Shown: positions 18,782 to 27,556, counted from the first letter of the stretch. The stretch is DNA of 29,440 nucleotides from a virus (IMGVR_UViG_3300045988_117814:1-29440), one strand, 5' to 3'. Translations and numbers: made by a program. Notes: generated from the letters alone by a model not told the origin.

Positions 18782-21256
18782 ATGAGACAGGAATGTATAC
18801 AAGCGGTTCAGCAGGCGGCGCAGCGCACGTTAACGGCGCGAGAAATACAGAACATTGAAGACCGCATTTATCGAAATATGCGCTCCATTGCTCGTGATGA
18901 CCCGATGTCGTGGAGACAACTTTCCGAATCAGAGCGGCTATATCGAGCAGCACAATTGGCATCTGAAGAATTACAGCGAGAAGCGGCATTAAAGAAACGT
19001 CGTGTGGCTCTCACTATAGCCGCGCGTCAGAGATTGGATAAGTTTATCAATAGCTATCAAGGGGCTGATGGGAAACTTGGCGCTCTTAACCGTACTATTG
19101 CTTTTAATGCAGACGGTAAATCGAACTTCCTCTCTGTTGAGTCCAGAACAAAAGCCACTCGTGATTATGCATTGAGTCAATTGCAGGAGGCATTTGAAGC
19201 AGTAGATCCTCGCTTTTTTGGCCTGTTTGAAGATGAAGCGGGCGTGCGTGATCTGGTATATGAAATGCGAGGGCAAAATACTGGCAATTCTAAAGCAAGA
19301 AAAGGTGCTAAGGCGTGGAGAGAAGTGACAGAGCTACTGCGACGCCGGTTTAATGATGCTGGTGGGGACATTGGCTATCTCGAAAACTGGGGGATCCCTC
19401 AACATCATTCTATGGAAAAGGTTGGGGCGGTATCAAAGGATAAGTGGGTTAGCGATGTTATAGGTAAGCTGGATCGCAAATATTATATCCGAGCCGATGG
19501 ACAACTGATGAACGATGCCGAGTTGTCTGCATTTCTTGGAGAGGCTTATAACACGATCGCTACTGGTGGGCTGAATAAGCTTACTGATACCGGAATGCGA
19601 ATTTCCGGCTCACGTGCTAACCGTGGTAATGCATCACGACAGATACATTTCAAAGATGCAGATTCCTATCTGCAATATCAGCAACTTTATGGCGATCGCT
19701 CTCTATGGGAAATCATGGTCGGTCACTTGGAAGGTATCAGTAAAGATATTGCACTGGTGGAAACATATGGTCCAAACCCCGATCATGTTTTCCGCTCCCT
19801 TCTTGATCAGGTTAAGGCAGAAACGGCAACAGCTAACCCGAGTAAAACCGGTAGCGTCGAGCGTCTGGCGAACAAAACAGAGAACCTGTACAACTTTATT
19901 TCCGGAAAAACACAGCCTGTAGCGAATCCGCACATCGCGCGATGGTCTGACAATATCCGCAACTGGCTGGTTGCCAGCAGGCTCGGATCCGCGTTGCTGT
20001 CATCGTTCTCTGATCTTGGAACCATGTATCTGTCTGCGAAGGTTACCAACCTTCCAATGAACCAGTTATTCCGCAACCAGCTTGAAGCTATGGACCCAAC
20101 GAACCGTACAGAACTTGCGCGGGCGCGCCGCGCTGGTCTGGCGATGGAATCTCTACTTGGCAGCGTTAACCGCTGGGCGATGGATAATATGGGGCCGTCT
20201 GTGTCTCGTTGGGCGGCAACGGCGGTAATGCGTGCCAGTGGGCTTACAGCATGGTCAGATGCGCACAAGCGCGCCTATGGCGTAACCATGATGGGAAGCC
20301 TGGGAGAAGTAGTGTCACGGACACCAGACCTTCGTAGCCTCGATGACTCTGATTTTCGTATCCTGAAAAGCAAAGGGATTACTGACACAGACTGGAGCGT
20401 GTGGAAACTGGCGCAACAGGAGGACTGGGGGAACGGTAATAATACGATGCTGACACCGGAAAGCATTATGCGTATCCCTGATTCAGCAGTTAAACATCTT
20501 GGTGAGCCTGAACGCGTGAAATTTGAGGCAATGCGTAAACTGCTCGGTGCCGTAACTGAAGAAGTTGATATGGCTGTTATTACACCTGGCGCACGTGAGC
20601 AACTGATAACCGGTTCTGGTATTCAGCGTGGGACATGGAAAGGTGAATTAACGAGAAGTGTTTTCCTGTTTAAATCGTTCCCTATCTCGGTGGTTATGCG
20701 TCACTGGTCACGCGCTATGGGTATGCCGTCTGCTGGTGGGCGTGCGGCATATATTGCGACGTTTATTGCCAGTACGACCATTCTTGGCGCTTTGTCGCAG
20801 CAACTTAACGACCTTGCGTCTGGTCGTAATCCTCGCGAGATGACAGGAGAAGATGCTGCTAAATTTTGGCTTGGTGCTCTACTGAAAGGTGGTGGTCTTG
20901 GCCTTTACGGTGACTTTTTATTGTCAGATCACACTAGGTACGGAAGCGGCGCGCTGGCGTCGATGCTTGGCCCGGTAGCTGGTCTGGTTGATGACGTAGT
21001 GAAGATTGCTCAGGGCATACCGTTAAATGCTGTGGAAGGGAAGAATGAGCAGACTGGTGGTGATCTGGTTAAGCTGGGGAAAGGTCTGATGCCAGGTGCG
21101 AATCTCTGGTACTTAAAGGCGGCTCTCGATCACATGATCTTTAACCAGATGCAGGAGTATTTTTCACCAGGTTATTTGCGTAAAATGGAGCAACGTTCGA
21201 AGAAAGAGTTTAACCAGACATACTGGTGGCGACCTCAGGATGTCACTCCGCAATAA
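18782..21256 (+). CDS. Large internal virion / ejection protein
   Basis: 824 aa; SD GAGAGG; last large gene of the same-strand late operon, which ends at the terminator at 21426-21450. Confidence 0.65.
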   Translation: MRQECIQAVQQAAQRTLTAREIQNIEDRIYRNMRSIARDDPMSWRQLSESERLYRAAQLASEELQREAALKKRRVALTIAARQRLDKFINSYQGADGKLGALNRTIAFNADGKSNFLSVESRTKATRDYALSQLQEAFEAVDPRFFGLFEDEAGVRDLVYEMRGQNTGNSKARKGAKAWREVTELLRRRFNDAGGDIGYLENWGIPQHHSMEKVGAVSKDKWVSDVIGKLDRKYYIRADGQLMNDAELSAFLGEAYNTIATGGLNKLTDTGMRISGSRANRGNASRQIHFKDADSYLQYQQLYGDRSLWEIMVGHLEGISKDIALVETYGPNPDHVFRSLLDQVKAETATANPSKTGSVERLANKTENLYNFISGKTQPVANPHIARWSDNIRNWLVASRLGSALLSSFSDLGTMYLSAKVTNLPMNQLFRNQLEAMDPTNRTELARARRAGLAMESLLGSVNRWAMDNMGPSVSRWAATAVMRASGLTAWSDAHKRAYGVTMMGSLGEVVSRTPDLRSLDDSDFRILKSKGITDTDWSVWKLAQQEDWGNGNNTMLTPESIMRIPDSAVKHLGEPERVKFEAMRKLLGAVTEEVDMAVITPGAREQLITGSGIQRGTWKGELTRSVFLFKSFPISVVMRHWSRAMGMPSAGGRAAYIATFIASTTILGALSQQLNDLASGRNPREMTGEDAAKFWLGALLKGGGLGLYGDFLLSDHTRYGSGALASMLGPVAGLVDDVVKIAQGIPLNAVEGKNEQTGGDLVKLGKGLMPGANLWYLKAALDHMIFNQMQEYFSPGYLRKMEQRSKKEFNQTYWWRPQDVTPQ

Positions 21257-21265
21257 GGATGAGAA

Positions 21266-21406
21266 ATGATTGCTTTTATTCTTGTTGTGTTTGCTCTTGT
21301 TGCACTTGGCGTTATGAACCGTAAATGTATCATTGGTGATGGTGAATTTGCTGTTGCAGTTGTTTTGATATTATCTGGTGTAGCAGGGTACATAGGTTTG
21401 TCATAA
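21266..21406 (+). CDS. Small hydrophobic protein, 46 aa (below the ORF-track size cutoff)
   Basis: ATG at 21266 behind AAGGATGAG; translation MIAFILVVFALVALGVMNRKCIIGDGEFAVAVVLILSGVAGYIGLS; TAA at 21404-21406; terminator immediately after. Confidence 0.4.
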   Translation: MIAFILVVFALVALGVMNRKCIIGDGEFAVAVVLILSGVAGYIGLS

Positions 21407-21425
21407 CGTAAGCGTTACATGTCAC

Positions 21426-21450
21426 AGGCCGCTCTTGCGGCCTTTTCTTT
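21426..21450 (+). terminator. Rho-independent terminator ending the structural operon
   Basis: AGGCCGC-tctt-GCGGCCT hairpin followed by TTTCTTT. Confidence 0.65.
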
Positions 21451-21706
21451 ATGTGGTTTGTTTTCGTAATTGTTCGGCACAATAGTCGAGATGTGTTTGC
21501 AGATCCCGCATAGACATCTGTGAGCTGGTGACGTAGTTAATCAGTGCAGTCAGTTCGGCAAGTGGGCCATCGACATTAAATCCATCCTTATCGAGATCCC
21601 GGAGTAATTTCATCAAGTGCGATCCCTCCACCAGTGACCTGACGCCTCCCGGCGTGTGAATCCTTTCGGTAAATCCGTCTTCCAGTGGATAGTGATACTG
21701 CTGCAT
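21449..21706 (-). CDS. LexA-controlled small protein; candidate SOS-inducible antirepressor or regulator
   Basis: First ATG at 21706-21704 behind GGAGAAGATAAG on the - strand (the ORF-track start at 21724 is TTG); a near-consensus LexA box lies 22-37 nt upstream. Confidence 0.6.
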   Translation of the reverse strand: MQQYHYPLEDGFTERIHTPGGVRSLVEGSHLMKLLRDLDKDGFNVDGPLAELTALINYVTSSQMSMRDLQTHLDYCAEQLRKQTT

Positions 21707-21725
21707 CTTATCTTCTCCATGCAAT

Positions 21726-21745
21726 AACTGTATATTTATACAGTA
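21726..21745. promoter_or_regulatory. LexA (SOS) box
   Basis: AACTGTATATTTATACAGTA: CTGT-N8-ACAG with an AT-rich spacer, 18 of 20 matches to the consensus TACTGTATATATATACAGTA. Confidence 0.7.
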
Positions 21746-21901
21746 TCAAATAATTTGTTTGCTATCCAGCACGTTTTGCAAATCACCTGAAAGGTAATAT
21801 CTGTTTGTATTCATGGTCTATCTATCTATATATGGTTTTTCGGGTAATAGAATAATCGGATATGCGGCGCAACGGGTGCTGCGACTATCTGGAGATTTAA
21901 C

Positions 21902-24331
21902 ATGACGGTCTCAACCGAAGTTAACCACAACGAATACACCGGTAACGGCGTTACGACATCATTCCCTTATACCTTTAGGGTTTTCAATAAATCTGATTTA
22001 GTAGTGCAGGTGATTGACCTTGACGAGAATATCACTGTGCTGGATCTTGATACTGATTACACAGTCACTGGTGCGGGAGGGTATAACGGTGGCAATGTAA
22101 TTCTGTCGAAGGCACTGGCTAATGGTTATCAGATTTCCATATTGCGAGAACTATCGGTTACTCAGGAAACAGATCTTAGAAACCAGGGTAAGTTTTTTGC
22201 TGAGGTGCACGAAGACGCGTTTGATAAGCTAACGATGCTGATCCAGCAGGTAAGAAGTTGGTTTTCACTTGCTCTTCGTAAGCCATCTTTTGTGTCGAAT
22301 TATTATGACGCTATTAACAACTACATCAGAAATCTGCGAGACCCTGTGCGCCCACAGGATGCGGCAACTAAAAATTATGTCGATAAACTTGCTAATACAA
22401 ATCTAGGTCGTACTCTTAGAACGCCTGAGCCAATACCAAGTTTGCCTGATGCTGAGAATCGTAAAAACAAAGTGGTAGCGATGGATGACAATGGTAATCC
22501 TATTATGGTCCTTCCACAGTCTGGATCTGCATCCGATGTAATGATTCAGCTAGCAGCAAGTGATGGCTTAAAACTTATTGGCAATTGTGCTTCCATTTCT
22601 AATTTACGCAATATAGAACCAACAAATTTACAGCAAAGAATATATGTATTAGAGCATACTTTAGGCTCTGGTATTGGAGGTGGGTATTTTTATTATGATA
22701 GCACTGATTTAACAACAATTGATGATGATGGAATGATAATTGTGACGCCTGGTGGAAAGCGTTGGAAAAGAATCTGCAATGAAGTGTATGCTGATTATTA
22801 CGGAATTGTTCCTGATGGAGTAACGGATTGTCATGATAAATTGAACAAAGCACTGCAAGCGGCAAAAATGGCAACGGTGAAAGAGCTTATTCTTTCTGAA
22901 GGTACTTACGGGATTAACTCTGCACTGAAAGTACCATCTTACGTTAGATTGTGTGGGGTGGGGAAATTTAAGACCGTTATTCTAGCACTACCAACAATGC
23001 CGATAATTGAAAACTGTATTCAGAACGAGCTTTATGAATACAGGGTATTCAGGACAAACTACGATACTTCTATCCACATAGAAGACTTATGTGTAGATGC
23101 TAACAATCGAGCAAGAAATCCGTCAGAAACATGGATGGATGCCACACAGGGGACTACTATTTTATTTTCTACTGTCAGCCACAGTTCCATCAAAAACGTT
23201 TACTGTAAGCGTGGTTTGCAGCATGGTATAGATATTTGTGCTGGGTATTATTTCGATGATGGGAATATTAATAATAATGCAGTTGGTGGTAGCTATGACA
23301 TTGTTGTTGAAGACACTTTTGTTCAAAACAGTCAACTTGACGATCTCATTACAACGCATAATAGCAGTGATATTGTAATTAACCGCTGCCGAGTATGGAA
23401 CGATGACCCTGATATGGTATGGACAGGGAATCAGCATGGTATTGAAATTGATGAAGGAAGTTATAATGTTACCGTGATGGATTGTTATGCGGATGGGGTA
23501 ATGACTGGATTTCAGCAGAAGGGCCACTCAACAACAATGCCCGCAAGATGTGTTAAATTTTATAGATGTTATGCAAAAAATTGTGTTCATGGATTCCAAA
23601 TTGAGCACATTAATACAGCATCAATACCATCGGGGCGGCATCAAAATGCCAGGTATTCCGTTATAGCAAGTTGTACGGTTGAAAACGCAAACAACTCAAA
23701 ATACACATCAAACCATGCAAGGGTTGTTGAAATTTTAGGGTTCTACGGTATTTATATAAATGAATTAAGGGTTATCGGAGGTGCTGGTAATATATATATT
23801 AGCGGCGGAGCAAGATATATAAACATAGATGGCATTTTTTGGGATGGTGGATACTCAGGAGCTTCCGATACTGATGCCGAGGGATTGGTTCATATAGAAA
23901 CTGATTCAAGCTGTGATGACTACACGATAAATAACTTTATCTGTGAAGATAGCGTAAGTGTTCCATTGATTAGAGATTTGACAGACTCAAGAGTTCAAAG
24001 AGGAATAAGTAATATTAGAGGTTATGGTAAAAACGCAACAATACCAATGATAGCCATTGTCCCAAATGATGATGATAATATATCAAACATATCAACAGCT
24101 GGATCATGGCTTTGTGCTATTAATGATATGGCCAGAGCTCCAGGGACAGGAACATATAGTCAGAATGTTTCTTTTATACATGGTATTTCATTGATAAGCG
24201 GTTCAGGAACTCCTTACGGAGTTATTAATGGTAAGCCAGGAGGATTATATGTTGACAAAAACACAGGATACTTCTATCAATGCACAAGCGCAGGAAGTGG
24301 AGGATGGAAGGGGTTGGTAAGTAATCCTTAA
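21902..24331 (+). CDS. Tailspike (receptor-binding, probable O-antigen depolymerase)
   Basis: 809 aa; N-terminal particle-binding-type domain (EYTGNGVTTSFPYTF...) of the kind seen in many podovirus tailspikes, followed by an AT-rich body with beta-helix-like repeats; last structural gene. Confidence 0.8.
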   Translation: MTVSTEVNHNEYTGNGVTTSFPYTFRVFNKSDLVVQVIDLDENITVLDLDTDYTVTGAGGYNGGNVILSKALANGYQISILRELSVTQETDLRNQGKFFAEVHEDAFDKLTMLIQQVRSWFSLALRKPSFVSNYYDAINNYIRNLRDPVRPQDAATKNYVDKLANTNLGRTLRTPEPIPSLPDAENRKNKVVAMDDNGNPIMVLPQSGSASDVMIQLAASDGLKLIGNCASISNLRNIEPTNLQQRIYVLEHTLGSGIGGGYFYYDSTDLTTIDDDGMIIVTPGGKRWKRICNEVYADYYGIVPDGVTDCHDKLNKALQAAKMATVKELILSEGTYGINSALKVPSYVRLCGVGKFKTVILALPTMPIIENCIQNELYEYRVFRTNYDTSIHIEDLCVDANNRARNPSETWMDATQGTTILFSTVSHSSIKNVYCKRGLQHGIDICAGYYFDDGNINNNAVGGSYDIVVEDTFVQNSQLDDLITTHNSSDIVINRCRVWNDDPDMVWTGNQHGIEIDEGSYNVTVMDCYADGVMTGFQQKGHSTTMPARCVKFYRCYAKNCVHGFQIEHINTASIPSGRHQNARYSVIASCTVENANNSKYTSNHARVVEILGFYGIYINELRVIGGAGNIYISGGARYINIDGIFWDGGYSGASDTDAEGLVHIETDSSCDDYTINNFICEDSVSVPLIRDLTDSRVQRGISNIRGYGKNATIPMIAIVPNDDDNISNISTAGSWLCAINDMARAPGTGTYSQNVSFIHGISLISGSGTPYGVINGKPGGLYVDKNTGYFYQCTSAGSGGWKGLVSNP

Positions 24332-24379
24332 TAAATTTAATGCCGATAGATTGTTTAAGTATCCGTCGGCATTTTTTGT

Positions 24380-25381
24380 TTATTTTAGTTTTCTTAGAAT
24401 ATTTCTGCTTGGCTTTTCTACTAAATGAAATGTTAATATGGAAAACATCAGTGTAGATATAACCATAACAAACACATCATTTATATAACTAACATTTAAC
24501 CATTCAGTTATTGCATTCACTTCAAATATAAAATGCCTTTGTATCATCAGGTGCGTAAGGTAAATTGAAAAAGACAACTCCCCCAAATAATGAATAGGTT
24601 TTGTTGATAGTAACCATCCTGTTATTCCAGTGCTATAATAAAGCGATGATATATATAATCCGGTCAAAATAACAAAAACAATATCCATTCCTTTTGTTAG
24701 TAAACACGCTATTACTAAAGCCGCCAAAATATCTTGAGTATATGCAATAACATTAAATGTGTGTTTGTATTTATCAAATAAAACATAGCAACAACAACCT
24801 ATAGTGAAACCACAAACACCTCTCATTATTGAAGGGATTCCGCTATATATATCAAGTGGCCCGCTACTACCAGGGTTGTCAATTGTTGTAATATAAAACA
24901 ACATTGACATTGATGTGTAAATTATTATGAAACATAACCATTTCTTATCGGTTAATAAGAATATTAGAGGCGGAAATATTAAATACGCAATTAATTCAAC
25001 GCTAACAGACCATGATGCACCAACCATTCCATTATTAAATAAATTTTGCCACATCATAAAATTTATTATGAGATTTTGAGTTGATGGTGGCGATGATTGA
25101 TTTACTTGAATAATTATTGTTAATAATAAAACAAATAAATATAATGGATATATTCTTGAAAATCTATGCCAAATAAATTTTCCAAATTCACTAACAGATA
25201 TTTCTTGTGTGAAATTTTTAGAGTATACCATACACATTATAAATCCGCTTAATACGAAAAAAAGATCTACTGCTAGATATCCGTTCCATAGAAAAGGTAT
25301 TTTTGCGTTTGTAAAGTGATAAAGAACTACGTAAATTGCAGCTATTCCTCTAACACCTGTTAGTGATTTTATTTCTTTCAT
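24380..25381 (-). CDS. oac: Acyltransferase family 3 integral membrane protein; probable O-antigen O-acetyltransferase (lysogenic conversion)
   Basis: 333 aa, multi-pass membrane protein with hallmark motifs SLTGVRGIAAIYVVLYHF and VDLFFVLSGF; very AT-rich; convergent with the tailspike. Confidence 0.8.
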   Translation of the reverse strand: MKEIKSLTGVRGIAAIYVVLYHFTNAKIPFLWNGYLAVDLFFVLSGFIMCMVYSKNFTQEISVSEFGKFIWHRFSRIYPLYLFVLLLTIIIQVNQSSPPSTQNLIINFMMWQNLFNNGMVGASWSVSVELIAYLIFPPLIFLLTDKKWLCFIIIYTSMSMLFYITTIDNPGSSGPLDIYSGIPSIMRGVCGFTIGCCCYVLFDKYKHTFNVIAYTQDILAALVIACLLTKGMDIVFVILTGLYISSLYYSTGITGWLLSTKPIHYLGELSFSIYLTHLMIQRHFIFEVNAITEWLNVSYINDVFVMVISTLMFSILTFHLVEKPSRNILRKLK

Positions 25382-25616
25382 ATGTATTTATCTATATAAC
25401 AAATTAAAGTCAATGGATGCCAAACATCATATCATATTTGCAGCATTCTAGTCAGCACTTCACACATCATCCAACGGGGAGAGTCAAATGCTTTGCTGAT
25501 CTATTTCATTGAGATTAGTAGTGGACAAAGGTTTGCATCTGATTGCAAGGCGTTGTGCTATTAGCAGCGTATGCTTTTTAAGCGTTAAAATAAACCACCA
25601 CTAATCCATATAAGGT

Positions 25617-25630
25617 TCGCTGTGTATAAT
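25617..25630 (+). promoter_or_regulatory. Candidate extended -10 promoter for the lysis cassette
   Basis: TGTGTATAAT (TGn-TATAAT) about 20-35 nt upstream of the first lysis-cassette ORF. Confidence 0.35.
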
Positions 25631-25647
25631 GAACTCACTAGCTAAGA

Positions 25648-26082
25648 GTGTCATTATGCTCAAAAATGGTGGTTTTTATGTCAATACAGTTAACCAATGA
25701 ATCTTTAAATCAGTGGCTTAGCGTTGGTTCTTTAGTGTCGGTGATAGCAGGAGTTCCTCCAGAGGTCGCTTTGGGATCTTTGGCTGGTGCGGTAATTTTT
25801 GTTACCTCTGCAGTAGAATACCCAATCCGTCGTCGTGTTCTTCTGTCGATGCTCAGCTTCCTCTGCGGCCTTCTCTTTTACAAACCAGCAGCATCAATTC
25901 TTATCGGCATAGCCAGCCTGATCCCTACCATCACGCAGGACTCATTCGAGAAAGGGATTGCATTTTCTACAGGTGCGTTCGTGTCGGCAATTGTCGCCGT
26001 TCGTATTGGTATATGGCTCTATCATCGTTCTGATAATCCACGCGAGTTGATTCCTGGGAGAAAAGACGATGGTAACGCATGA
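25648..26082 (+). CDS. Multi-pass membrane protein heading the lysis cassette (holin-associated or other membrane function)
   Basis: Four or five hydrophobic helices. Start uncertain: GTG at 25648, ATG at 25666 or 25678. Confidence 0.5.
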   Translation: MSLCSKMVVFMSIQLTNESLNQWLSVGSLVSVIAGVPPEVALGSLAGAVIFVTSAVEYPIRRRVLLSMLSFLCGLLFYKPAASILIGIASLIPTITQDSFEKGIAFSTGAFVSAIVAVRIGIWLYHRSDNPRELIPGRKDDGNA

Positions 26083-26377
26083 GATTTTTTTGCTTATCAC
26101 CAATGCAGTTATTTGTACTGGCATAGCTATTCGTGTTGTTACTTTCCGGCGCAATGGATCTCAACACCGACGATGGGGTGGCTGGCTTGCTTATTTCCTG
26201 ATTGTTGCTGCGGCTAGTATTCCGGTTCGTGTCGCCTATGCAATCTGGTTCAGCATGCCAATGGCAGTGGATTTATCTGAGGTCATTATCAACGTAGTCA
26301 TGCTTGCTGCGGTTATTAAAACACGCGGTAACGTCGTTCAGATTTTCAAATTAGCGAGGTCTAAACATGGAGATTAA
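26069..26377 (+). CDS. Holin (three transmembrane segments, class I-like)
   Basis: ATG behind GGGAGAAAAG; three hydrophobic helices and a charged C-terminus; immediately upstream of the endolysin. Confidence 0.6.
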   Translation: MVTHEIFLLITNAVICTGIAIRVVTFRRNGSQHRRWGGWLAYFLIVAAASIPVRVAYAIWFSMPMAVDLSEVIINVVMLAAVIKTRGNVVQIFKLARSKHGD

Positions 26378-26996
26378 ACAATTTCAGCGAGCTGCTGGTA
26401 TCAGCGAGTCGCTGGCCGACCGCTGGTTCTCGCATATAATTTCTGCGATGAAAGAGTTTGGTATCAGCAAAACCGAAGATCAGGCAATGTTTATTGCTCA
26501 GGTCGGGCATGAGTCTGTGGGCTTCACTCGGTTGCAGGAGAATTTCAACTACAGCGTCAGCGGACTGGTTAACTTCGTTCGGGCTGGGCGTCTCACTCAG
26601 GGACAGGCCAACGTATTGGGGCGACGCGCAGGCGAACCACCATTGTCACTTGAGCGCCAGCGCGCGATCGCAAATCTGGTGTACAGCAAACGCATGGGGA
26701 ACAATGCTCCCGGCGATGGCTGGAATTACCGTGGGCGCGGACTTATCCAGATTACCGGTTTGAATAACTATCGTGACTGTGGAAACGGTCTGAAGGTTGA
26801 CCTGCTGGAGAGTCCTGAACTGCTGGCTCAGGACGAATATGCGGCTCGTAGCGCGGCGTGGTTTTTCTCCAGCAAAGGCTGCATGAAGTATACCGGCGAT
26901 ATTGCACGTGTAACTCTGATTATCAATGGTGGCCGGAACGGCATCGACGACAGGCGTGAGCGATACATCACTGCCAGTAAGGTGCTGGCGATATGA
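26367..26996 (+). CDS. Endolysin, glycoside hydrolase family 19 (chitinase-like lysozyme)
   Basis: Motifs FIAQVGHESVGF and YRGRGLIQITGLNNY typical of GH19-type phage endolysins; start overlaps the holin end. Confidence 0.8.
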   Translation: MEIKQFQRAAGISESLADRWFSHIISAMKEFGISKTEDQAMFIAQVGHESVGFTRLQENFNYSVSGLVNFVRAGRLTQGQANVLGRRAGEPPLSLERQRAIANLVYSKRMGNNAPGDGWNYRGRGLIQITGLNNYRDCGNGLKVDLLESPELLAQDEYAARSAAWFFSSKGCMKYTGDIARVTLIINGGRNGIDDRRERYITASKVLAI

Positions 26997-27475
26997 TCTT
27001 GGCATTCGTAAAAGCATACTGGAAACAGTTGGTTATCGTGGCGATGCTTGCTGTTTTGACTCTATCAGGAGTTGTTGCCTGGAATGTGCATGGTAGCCGA
27101 CAGTACGACGCCGGGTATGCACAGGCGAAGGAAGAGCGCAAAGCCGAAGATGAGAAAGTTCGTCAGCACTACGAACAGGAGAAAGCGATCAATGAACGTA
27201 AAGCGCAACAGAGGATCGACCAGGCGCGCAATGATGCTCTTGATGCTGCCGCTCGCGCTGGCCGGTTGCAGCAACAGCTCGTTGCCATCCGTGAGCAACT
27301 CAGGCAGTATAACGCCATTGTCGGCGCTGGGACGTCAGCCGCAGACACCGGAGTTTTGCTTGCCGACGTGCTCAGCAAATCTCTCGAGAGAAACAGACAA
27401 CTGGCAGAGTATGCTGACCGGGCAGCCGAAGCCGGAAGAGTCTGTGAAAAACAGTACGACACCCTGACCAGATAG
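26993..27475 (+). CDS. Rz: Rz-type inner-membrane spanin (i-spanin)
   Basis: N-terminal TM helix (LVIVAMLAVLTLSGVVAW) followed by a long charged coiled coil; ATGA overlap with the endolysin. Confidence 0.8.
   Translation: MILAFVKAYWKQLVIVAMLAVLTLSGVVAWNVHGSRQYDAGYAQAKEERKAEDEKVRQHYEQEKAINERKAQQRIDQARNDALDAAARAGRLQQQLVAIREQLRQYNAIVGAGTSAADTGVLLADVLSKSLERNRQLAEYADRAAEAGRVCEKQYDTLTR
27192..27467 (+). CDS. Rz1: Rz1-type outer-membrane lipoprotein spanin (o-spanin), embedded in the +1 frame of Rz
   Basis: Basic n-region, hydrophobic core and lipobox (MNVKRNRGSTRRAMMLLMLPLALAGC), then a Pro/Ser-rich periplasmic part; alternative ATG at 27231. Confidence 0.65.
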   Translation: MNVKRNRGSTRRAMMLLMLPLALAGCSNSSLPSVSNSGSITPLSALGRQPQTPEFCLPTCSANLSRETDNWQSMLTGQPKPEESVKNSTTP

Positions 27476-27556
27476 CATGGCATTTTTCATGGTACTGATT
27501 TCCGGTGACGGTATATAAAACGGTATGAGAAAAATGAAGTTTTGGAAAAATGTTAT

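Noticed and set aside
25520-25545. Inverted repeat TTGCA-N6-TGCAA in the acyltransferase/lysis intergenic region as an operator
   Set aside because: Short 5-bp arms, a single copy and no second half-site; too weak to call without comparative data.
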